Shown here piece by piece: positions 1 to 6,273 of a stretch of 34,879 bases of DNA. The first letter of the stretch is position 1, and the number at the start of each line of letters is the position of its first letter. Below the pieces are notes generated by a model. The model did not search any database and had not been told where the DNA came from. It worked only from the letters and a program-made list of their open reading frames with translations. The position numbers and the translations under genes are program-made. Source of the stretch: Solirubrobacterales bacterium (GTDB taxonomy: Bacteria > Actinomycetota > Thermoleophilia > Solirubrobacterales > Solirubrobacteraceae); contig DAHVAB010000001.1 of NCBI GenBank assembly GCA_027314825.1, positions 1 to 34,879 of the forward strand, given 5' to 3'.

Positions 1-361
1 GGGCACTCGTCCCTCGCGCCACGCATCGGGCCCCGAAGGCGGTCGCGCCGCGCACGGCGGCGGCCACCGCTCCGGCCTTGGCGCTGCGCCCGGCGCCGCG
101 GGCGGCACCCATCCGCGGGCCGGGTCGGCCGGAGAAGGCGGGGCGAGCGGGACCGGCGCCGGCGGCGCTGCGCAGGCGCCGAGCCCGAGCGAAGGACAGG
201 GGCAGGCGCCGGCGGCCGGCCAGTCGCATGCCGGCCGGTCGGCCGGGGAATCGGCCGGCGGCCCGGCGGCGAGCCCGCAGGCCCCTGAAGATGCCGCCTC
301 ACCGGCCTCGCCGCAGGAGGAATCGCCTGCGTCGGGCGTGCCGCGCCGCAATACCCCCTGA
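1..361 (+). CDS. 3' end of an upstream gene (partial): low-complexity Gly/Ala/Pro/Ser tail
   Basis: Frame 2 is open from the window edge to TGA at 359-361 (GTRPSRHASGPEGG...PASPQEESPASGVPRRNTP*), with GC-ending codons. It is not in the ORF track because its start lies outside the window. Confidence 0.55.
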   Translation, partial: GTRPSRHASGPEGGRAAHGGGHRSGLGAAPGAAGGTHPRAGSAGEGGASGTGAGGAAQAPSPSEGQGQAPAAGQSHAGRSAGESAGGPAASPQAPEDAASPASPQEESPASGVPRRNTP

Positions 362-495
362 CCTCTGGCCGCCCGCCGCGTTGAAGCGATGTCGTCCAGG
401 TCGGGCCAGGGAGGCGCCGCGAGGCGGTGATCGCCGTGGGGCGCTGCGACCGAGGCCGATTGTCCCATTGTGAAAAGCAACGCAGGAGGCAGCAG

Positions 496-1251
496 ATGAT
501 CAGGAAGCTGATGCTCGCAACCGCCGTGATGGCCCTGGCGAGCACCCCGGCGTGGGCGCTGCCGGCCAAGGCACCGGAAAACCAGGGGACCTCACATGCC
601 CCGCAGAGCACGCCGGCCGGCCCGCCCGCCAGCACTCCGAACGACGGCTCCAACCCTGGCTCCAAGGATCGCTCCGAACAGGGCGCCGAACATGCGGGCG
701 GCGGCCAAGCCGGCGCCACGCACTCGACGGGCAGTCCGGACAGCAGCGGCAGCACCCATGATGAAAAGGGCACGGCCGACGGCGAAGGCGGCAAGGGGCA
801 CGCCGATCACGGCAAGGGCCACAGTGAAGATGGCAAAGGCAAGGGCGCCGAGCAGGGCAAGGCGCACCGCTGCATGGCCCACGGCCGGGCGTATGTCGTC
901 GCGGGCACGGTCAAGAGCGTCAAGCTCGAAGCCGAATCCGAAGCCGCCAAGCACCCGACCTACAAGGGTGAGCTGACCCTGGAAGTCAAGCGCGCCAACG
1001 ATCACGCCCGTGAAGCGAAGGGCAAGACCGTGGAATACGCGGTCAGCCACGTGCGCCTGCACGGCGACGTCGCGGTCGCTGGTCTCGCCGAAGGCGACTG
1101 GGCGAAGCTGATCGGGAAGGTGAGCTTCATGCACAAGGGCTGCGAAGCCGAAGGGCTCACGCCTGAAGTGACGATCCGCCGGATCGTCGCCCACGCTCCC
1201 CGCACGACGAGCACGACCACCACGACAACCTCTTCGAGCTCGACCGGCTGA
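496..1251 (+). CDS. Secreted hypothetical protein, 251 aa (signal peptide, G/H/K/S-rich linker, small beta domain with 2 Cys, poly-Thr/Ser tail)
   Basis: RBS AGGAGG at 484-489 and ATG at 496. MIRKLMLATAVMALASTPAWA is a typical Sec signal peptide with an AxA cleavage site. Confidence 0.85.
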   Translation: MIRKLMLATAVMALASTPAWALPAKAPENQGTSHAPQSTPAGPPASTPNDGSNPGSKDRSEQGAEHAGGGQAGATHSTGSPDSSGSTHDEKGTADGEGGKGHADHGKGHSEDGKGKGAEQGKAHRCMAHGRAYVVAGTVKSVKLEAESEAAKHPTYKGELTLEVKRANDHAREAKGKTVEYAVSHVRLHGDVAVAGLAEGDWAKLIGKVSFMHKGCEAEGLTPEVTIRRIVAHAPRTTSTTTTTTSSSSTG

Positions 1252-1280
1252 CGGCCGGGCGTCGGAGTGAAGTAGAGCAT

Positions 1281-1319
1281 CGGTGGCCCCGCCGGCCATG
1301 GACGGCCGGGGGGCCGCCG
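1281..1319 (+). terminator. GC-rich stem-loop after the 496-1251 gene
   Basis: CGGTGGCCCC-G-CCGGCC [ATGGAC] GGCCGG-GGGGCCGCCG inverted repeat 30 nt after the stop. No U-tract, which is common in actinobacteria. Confidence 0.5.
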
Positions 1320-1629
1320 GCCTTGCTGGCGCGCGGCGTGCGCGTGCGGCGCAGGCCCGGCAAGCATGCAGCGTCGGCGACTATCGTGTCATGCGGGCGT
1401 TTGCCGCCGCCGTGCCTGCGCGGCAGGCGTGCGGCCGCCGCTCGGCGCTCTGATCAAGCGGATCGGCTGGCGCGCACCGCAGCACATCGTCTCCGCTACC
1501 GCCGGCGGCACGCTCCCCTCCGGCCTGGATGCGGGGCTCATCGAGCTGGAAGAAGTCGGCCTGGCACAAGACCGCCCACACCCGGATGCGTGCCGCCCAG
1601 CCGGCTGGATGCGCGGATCGCTGGTCCGA

Positions 1630-2073
1630 TCATGGCGGCTGAGAGCGAGATCCGCGCGTGTGGGCAGGCCGGCTCTGCGCCTCCACGGTCCGTAGTGCCT
1701 GTCCGATCTCCTGCGCACAGACGGAGGCTCGGCGTGCTTGCTCGTCGCTGCCATGCTTGCGTGCATCTTCAGCGTTCAGCCTCGCGGCATCCCCGGCCTC
1801 GCGGAGCGCAGTGAGGATGACGGGAAGCTGGCTCTCCGCGTCGATCGTGATCGCGTCCCGCGCTCGCGCGGTGCCCCATCCGAGCTCGTTGAGCAGCTCT
1901 CCCACCTGGTGGATGCGCTGATAGGCGCTGCGGGCGCGATCGGGGTGCGCTTCGCGGTCGGCGCGTTCAAGCGCGCCGGTCAGGCGCTCCGTCTCACCGG
2001 CGAGCTTCTCCACCAGCGCACCGGTCAGGACGTCCCGTGCTGATCCGTCAAGCGTGATCGTCGCTCTGCTCAT
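1630..2073 (-). CDS. Hypothetical helical protein, 147 aa; paralog of 23921-24349
   Basis: GGGAGA RBS. Colinear similarity to the 23921-24349 product: MSRATITLD/MSKTTITID, RADREAHPDRARSAY/RPDREQHPERAANAY, QVGELLNELGWG/QVGGLLERIDWG. Confidence 0.8.
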   Translation of the reverse strand: MSRATITLDGSARDVLTGALVEKLAGETERLTGALERADREAHPDRARSAYQRIHQVGELLNELGWGTARARDAITIDAESQLPVILTALREAGDAARLNAEDARKHGSDEQARRASVCAQEIGQALRTVEAQSRPAHTRGSRSQPP

Positions 2074-2773
2074 GCTGATCTCCCGGCTGCGTGTTCCGCG
2101 TCAGGCCTCCTCCAGCGTCCGGGGCATGCCTCTAACCGGTCTCGACCATCCGTACCGGTCGGATTGCTGGCAGCTCGGTGTGGTTCTTGCGCGCGGGACA
2201 GGCTAGCGGTGAGGGGTGCCCCATATGCACACCGATCGTGGCAGCGGGTCCGGACGTTCGTCGCAGCGGCGCACCCGACGGTCGTCACTGGGAGGTGAAG
2301 GCTTGCCGACAGCTCCTGGGCAGCACCCGCTGCGCTCGGGACCGTCTCCGATGCCTCCGGGCTGCTCCCAAACGTCGGCCGCCGGCACGCGACCCGTGTT
2401 AGCTCTCGTTAAGCATGGCGGACGGCATCCGGGCGCCCATTCCGGTGGATTGGGCGCCGAAGAGCGGGCTCGTCGCCGTCGGCGTTGCCGCGCGGCGCCG
2501 CGGATCGCCGCTTGGTATGCCGCCATGCGGCCGCGGTGCAGAGGATGGCTCACGATGAGATGCCGGACGCGGCTTGGGCGAGCGGCTGTGCGCCGGGCGA
2601 CCGGGCTCGCCGCGCAGCTGCCGGCAACGCGCTATGCCTTCACCTGTAACGCCGTGCCTGGACCCTGGCACGGTCGCCGATCGTGTCGAGGGCACGCGGG
2701 GCCTGCGACCGCTTCTGTGAGAGGAGTTTTACGGTGGCCACCTGCGAGAGCGCCGAAGCCTTACCGTGGGAGC

Positions 2774-3088
2774 TCACTCCCGCGGTGGCTCGTTGGCCGG
2801 CTGCGGCCAGAATGCGCCGTGTCGCTCGGCCTCCCGCTCGGCCAGCTCCAGCAGCTGCGAGGGGCGCATCTGGAACGCTCCGGCGATCTTCGCGACGCTC
2901 AGCAGCGTCGGCATCCGCTCGGCGCGCTCGATCCCGCCGATGTAGTTGCGGTGCACGTCGCTGTCCTGCCCGAGCTGCTCCTGGGAGATGTCGTCATTCT
3001 CGAAGCGGAGCCTGCGGATCGCCCGGCCGAGGCCGATCAGCAGCGGGTCGCGCTCTGCTCCGCGTCGGTTCTCGTCTTCGCTCGGCAC
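2774..3088 (-). CDS. XRE-family helix-turn-helix transcriptional regulator (C-protein-like)
   Basis: LGRAIRRLR..ISQEQLG..SDVHRNYIGGIERAERMPTLLSVAKIAGAF matches the HTH_3/XRE pattern. GTG start. Confidence 0.9.
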   Translation of the reverse strand: MPSEDENRRGAERDPLLIGLGRAIRRLRFENDDISQEQLGQDSDVHRNYIGGIERAERMPTLLSVAKIAGAFQMRPSQLLELAEREAERHGAFWPQPANEPPRE

Positions 3089-3119
3089 AGGCGGGCATGT
3101 TGCAGCCTGACCGTGTTAC

Positions 3120-3209
3120 CGTCTACAGCCCAATCGTGTTGGGCCGCACTCACAGCCGGTGCCATCACAGCCGGGAGATGTGGGTTGCGAGCCTGAACGT
3201 GTCGCAACC
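3120..3209. promoter_or_regulatory. Divergent XRE/TetR intergenic region with several dyads
   Basis: GCCCAA-N5-TTGGGC (3129-3145), direct repeat TCACAGCCGG x2 (3150-3159, 3166-3175), and inverted repeat GGTTGCGA-N11-TCGCAACC (3183-3209). Confidence 0.5.
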
Positions 3210-3228
3210 ATGGAGGAGAGGTGAAGCG

Positions 3229-4515
3229 ATGCACGACCGCCTGACGGACCCCCTCGACGAACGGCTGCCGCCCGGACCGGGCACCGACCCGGAGCGGGTG
3301 GCTTCCAGTCAGTTCCTTCGGCTCTGCGCGGCGATCACCCATGGGGTCGCCGAGCATGGCTATGAGCGGATGACCGTGCGGGGGCTGTGCGCCCTGGCCG
3401 GGGTGTCGCCGAAGACGCTCTACAAGCACTTCCCGGAGGGGATGCACGAGTGCTTCCTCGGCGCGCAGGAGCATGCGGCGCTCACCGCCGGGCGTCAGCT
3501 CGCCGCCGCGCAGGTGGGAGCGCGCGGTCCGCGCGAGCGGCTGCGCACGGGGATTGGCGCGTTCTGCGAGATGGTCGCCGAGCAGCCCCAGCGCGCGCAC
3601 CTGTTGCTTGCGGAGGCGCAGCATGTAAGCGCGGAGGCTCGCGCACAGGCGCTGCGAATCGAAGCGCAGGCGGCCGCCGCCCTCGCGGAGCAGCTGGGCA
3701 TCGCGGTCGACCCTCTGCCCGTGCTCGCGACCGGCGTGGTCGCCGGCGCGGTCGCGGTGGCGCGCGAGATGCTGCTCGGGGGGCGGGCCGCCGAGATGCC
3801 GCAGCTCGCCGGCCGCCTCTGCGGCTGGGCGCTCGCGGTCTGCGGAGAGGCCTCCGTCCTCAGTGCGGCGGTGCATGGGCCTCGCCCGCAGGCGCGCTAT
3901 CGCCAAGAGCCGGAGCGGCTGCGCACGATGCGCCTCGACGACGAGCGCGGCCGGATGCTCGCCGCGGCGATCGAGCTGCTCGCCGATGGGGACCCCCTCC
4001 GTCTGAACATTGACCTGCTCGCCGAGCACGCGCTCGTGCCGAGGCGGCGCGTAGAGGTGCTGTTCGGCGGCTGCAACGCGTGCCTGCTCGTGGCGATCGA
4101 GGAGTCCATGGGCGCGCTCTTCGATCGGGCCGGCCGGCGATTGGATGCCGGGGATCGGTCGCCCTTCGGGCGCGTGAGCGTGATGGTGCGCGAGCTGGCG
4201 CTTGACCGCGAGCTGGCGCTTGCCGCCTTCACGGGCCTGCCGGCGCTGGGGGCGCAGGGCGTGCGTCTGCGCCGCGGGCTGGCATCGGCGTTCGCGCGTA
4301 CGGTACAGGGCGCAGGCGGCGCGGAGGATGGCGCGGGCGCCCCCCGCCTCGGAGCGGCCGCGATCTGGGGTGTGATCGAGCACCGCCTCGCGGCGGGCCG
4401 TGCGCTGCCCGCCCCCCACGAGCTCGCCTGCCTGCTCGCACCGGTGGCCGCGCCGTCAGGGCGACAGCCCGCGGCGCCGCCGAGTCGCCATGTCGCGGTC
4501 GCCGTCGGCGCCTGA
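3229..4515 (+). CDS. TetR/AcrR-family regulator with two tandem TetR-like units, 428 aa
   Basis: RBS GGAGGAGAGG and ATG at 3229. N-terminal HTH VAEHGYERMTVRGLCALAGVSPKTLYKHF. Second, degenerate unit DERGRMLAAAIELLADG..LNIDLLAEHALVPRRRVEVLFGGCNACL. The extension to 2683 in the ORF track overlaps the XRE gene and is not credible. Confidence 0.85.
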   Translation: MHDRLTDPLDERLPPGPGTDPERVASSQFLRLCAAITHGVAEHGYERMTVRGLCALAGVSPKTLYKHFPEGMHECFLGAQEHAALTAGRQLAAAQVGARGPRERLRTGIGAFCEMVAEQPQRAHLLLAEAQHVSAEARAQALRIEAQAAAALAEQLGIAVDPLPVLATGVVAGAVAVAREMLLGGRAAEMPQLAGRLCGWALAVCGEASVLSAAVHGPRPQARYRQEPERLRTMRLDDERGRMLAAAIELLADGDPLRLNIDLLAEHALVPRRRVEVLFGGCNACLLVAIEESMGALFDRAGRRLDAGDRSPFGRVSVMVRELALDRELALAAFTGLPALGAQGVRLRRGLASAFARTVQGAGGAEDGAGAPRLGAAAIWGVIEHRLAAGRALPAPHELACLLAPVAAPSGRQPAAPPSRHVAVAVGA

Positions 4516-4641
4516 CAGCGCGTCGGTCGGCCGCCGATCCGGCTCACGCGAGCTTCACATGAGCGCCGGCCCGTCCGATTACCTTCACCGGCGCTCGTCA
4601 CCGCTCGCGCCACCCGATGTCTTCTCCTGTGCGGCGGGTAA

Positions 4642-4720
4642 GCACCGGCACCGGGGCGCGAGTTTTCTTAGGGCAGCGCCCCGGTGCCGTCTGAAGCACC
4701 TAGCCGGCCCCGCAGGGCCG
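4642..4720 (+). repeat. Hairpin block A, copy 1
   Basis: Ungapped 64/79 identity (hand count) with 5120-5198. Perfect 13-bp stem GGCACCGGGGCGC/GCGCCCCGGTGCC (4647-4688) followed by GTCTGAAGCACC. Confidence 0.85.
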
Positions 4721-4878
4721 GGAAGGAACAGCGTGAGCATACAACAGGTATTCGGCCGCCTCACCGCGCCCGCGGTCGCGCAAAGGATGGCTGGCCGGGT
4801 CCGCTCGTCGCGGCCGTGCTCAAATGGCCGCTGCACACTGAGCGTGTTGGCCCGCAGGCGGAAATCCGGACGGATGTC

Positions 4879-4967
4879 GGAGTTAGAAAACGCCGGGGAA
4901 TCAAGTGGCCGCAGAGCGCGCCAAGAATCGCAGCCGCGCATAACTTGAACCTCCTTCAGCTCAGACG
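4879..4967 (+). promoter_or_regulatory. Promoter-like block B, copy 1
   Basis: Ungapped 61/89 identity (hand count) with 5363-5451. Conserved GGAGWTAGAAAAC-CC-GGGAATCA box, -10-like TAACTT (4941-4946) and TGAA-N5-TTCA (4946-4958). Confidence 0.65.
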
Positions 4968-5119
4968 CCGCCCGAGCCTGTGCGGCGTCGCACCGCGAGT
5001 CGGACAGGGATGACTCAAACCGCAAGCAGACGAGCTGTTGATGGCGAGCCCTGCCTCCCGGCGTGGACGGGCAGCATGCCTCGTCATCGCGTCGCAGAGA
5101 TCTTCCCGCGTCGCGGGAG

Positions 5120-5198
5120 GCACCGGCACCGGGACGCCTGCTCGTCTGGGGCAGCGCACCGGTGCCGTCTGAAGCACCGGCCCGGTCCCGCAGCGCCG
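5120..5198 (+). repeat. Hairpin block A, copy 2
   Basis: GGCACCGG...CCGGTGCC stem followed by GTCTGAAGCACC; 478 nt downstream of copy 1. Confidence 0.85.
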
Positions 5199-5233
5199 AT
5201 CGGGAGCGCTGCGAGTACGCGGGGCGCCCTGCA

Positions 5234-5269
5234 CCCGCCCACCCCGCGCAGCGTTGCGGGGTGGGCGGG
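5234..5269 (+). terminator. Perfect 14-bp stem-loop inside the intergenic region
   Basis: CCCGCCCACCCCGC [GCAGCGTT] GCGGGGTGGGCGGG. Confidence 0.6.
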
Positions 5270-5362
5270 GCGGCGGTGTGCGTCGGCCTGCGCCGCGCCG
5301 GATCGCGGTGGTCTGGTCGCCGCCGGAGGTGAGACCGGACGGGGTGCAGCGGTCGGGCGAGT

Positions 5363-5451
5363 GGAGATAGAAAACACCCGGGAATCACCGGCCCGAAAAT
5401 CGTGCAGGGGCTCGCACGACCGCGTATCTTGAAGAAGCTTCAGCTCTGGCG
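5363..5451 (+). promoter_or_regulatory. Promoter-like block B, copy 2; probable promoter of cluster A
   Basis: -10-like TATCTT (5425-5430) and TGAA-N5-TTCA (5430-5442), with the same spacing as copy 1; about 130 nt upstream of the 5560 ATG. Confidence 0.65.
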
Positions 5452-5559
5452 GGCTCGCCGGGGAAGAGGCAATCCGTGTACTCGGTCGCGAGCGGGCAAT
5501 GCGGCCGATCCGCGCGGAGGCATGTACCTGAAGCGCCTAGCGAAAGGAAGTACCTACAG

Positions 5560-6144
5560 ATGAGACTCAAATCGAAGACACTCGGACTGGCGGGCGTTCT
5601 GGCCGCCGTGGCGATGCTCGTCATGGCGGTCGGGGCCTCGGCGGCTTCGGCCGTGGAATTCCACTACACGGGCGCCACGCCGACAAAACTGCTCGGCGAA
5701 GCGACGAGCAGCCAGGTGTTCAAAACCTCGCTGGGCACGATCACCTGCAAGAAGCTCAGCATTCCGAACAACAAGATCGAAAAACCAGCGGCACCGTCGC
5801 AGCTGGCGACGATCGACTACACCGAATGCAGTGCGGAAACCCTCCTGGGCAGCTCGGAAGTCAAAGAACCGGTCGTAGCGCCCTACAACTTCCTCGCGAC
5901 CGGCACCGTGGAAGTCGTCAAACCGATAGACATCGAACTGACGAGCCTGGGCTGCACCATCACCGTCGGTGAACAGACGCTGCCGAAAGCCGTCAGCTAC
6001 GGCGCCAGAGGCACCAAGCTGCCGGTTGAAGCGCACGCAGAAGGCATCGCGTGGGAAGGCTGCCTGTCCAGCGGCAGCGAAGGCACATACACCGGCAACT
6101 CGCTGGTCTTCGGCGAAAGCGGCGGCGAACTCTACGTCGAATAG
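5560..6144 (+). CDS. Small secreted beta-rich protein, 194 aa, 4 Cys; paralog of 14726-15418
   Basis: RBS AAAGGAAG and ATG at 5560. Signal peptide ends ..GASAASA. Shares Q.F....G.I.C, Y..C.A, C.(I/V)T and G.Y.G..L motifs with the 14726 product. Confidence 0.9.
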   Translation: MRLKSKTLGLAGVLAAVAMLVMAVGASAASAVEFHYTGATPTKLLGEATSSQVFKTSLGTITCKKLSIPNNKIEKPAAPSQLATIDYTECSAETLLGSSEVKEPVVAPYNFLATGTVEVVKPIDIELTSLGCTITVGEQTLPKAVSYGARGTKLPVEAHAEGIAWEGCLSSGSEGTYTGNSLVFGESGGELYVE

Positions 6145-6171
6145 GCCGCTGCGCCGCAGGTAGTCGATGGA

Positions 6172-6237
6172 GGGACGGGCGCCTCGCCGCGCCCGTCCCC
6201 CCCTTGCTTCGCGACCGCTGCGCGGCGGCGAAGCAAG
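6172..6237 (+). terminator. Double stem-loop between the small secreted gene and the propeller gene
   Basis: GGGACGGGCGC/GCGCCCGTCCC (6172-6199) and CTTGCTTCGC/GCGAAGCAAG (6203-6237). Confidence 0.6.
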
Positions 6238-6273
6238 AAGGTGGGGTTGGGTTGAGGAAACCGGAGGAGAGGG

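Noticed and set aside
1366-1695. Possible small gene between the 496 and 1630 genes
   Set aside because: No RBS, no recognisable motif, and it overlaps the 3' end of the 1630-2073 gene. A decayed fragment cannot be excluded.
2683-3228. N-terminal extension of the TetR ORF to 610 aa
   Set aside because: It overlaps the antisense XRE gene; the strong RBS and the start of homology point to ATG 3229.
4686-5173. Two exact Neisseria DNA-uptake sequences GCCGTCTGAA (4686-4695, 5164-5173)
   Set aside because: Both lie inside the duplicated block A, so they are one event. I noticed no others in the window and the gene content is actinobacterial.
4400-5432. ORFs 4400-4948 and 4980-5432 as paralogous proteins (shared HRHR..RCRLKH and homologous stops)
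   Set aside because: Differences in the aligned block fall mostly at codon positions 1-2 with no synonymous bias. Conservation follows the stem and promoter motifs. Open frames are common at this GC content.
4642-5545. Block A as a known riboswitch (c-di-GMP-I/II, c-di-AMP, TPP, cobalamin, glycine, ZTP)
   Set aside because: The diagnostic conserved strings of those classes are absent by eye. A cmscan run is still needed to exclude them formally.
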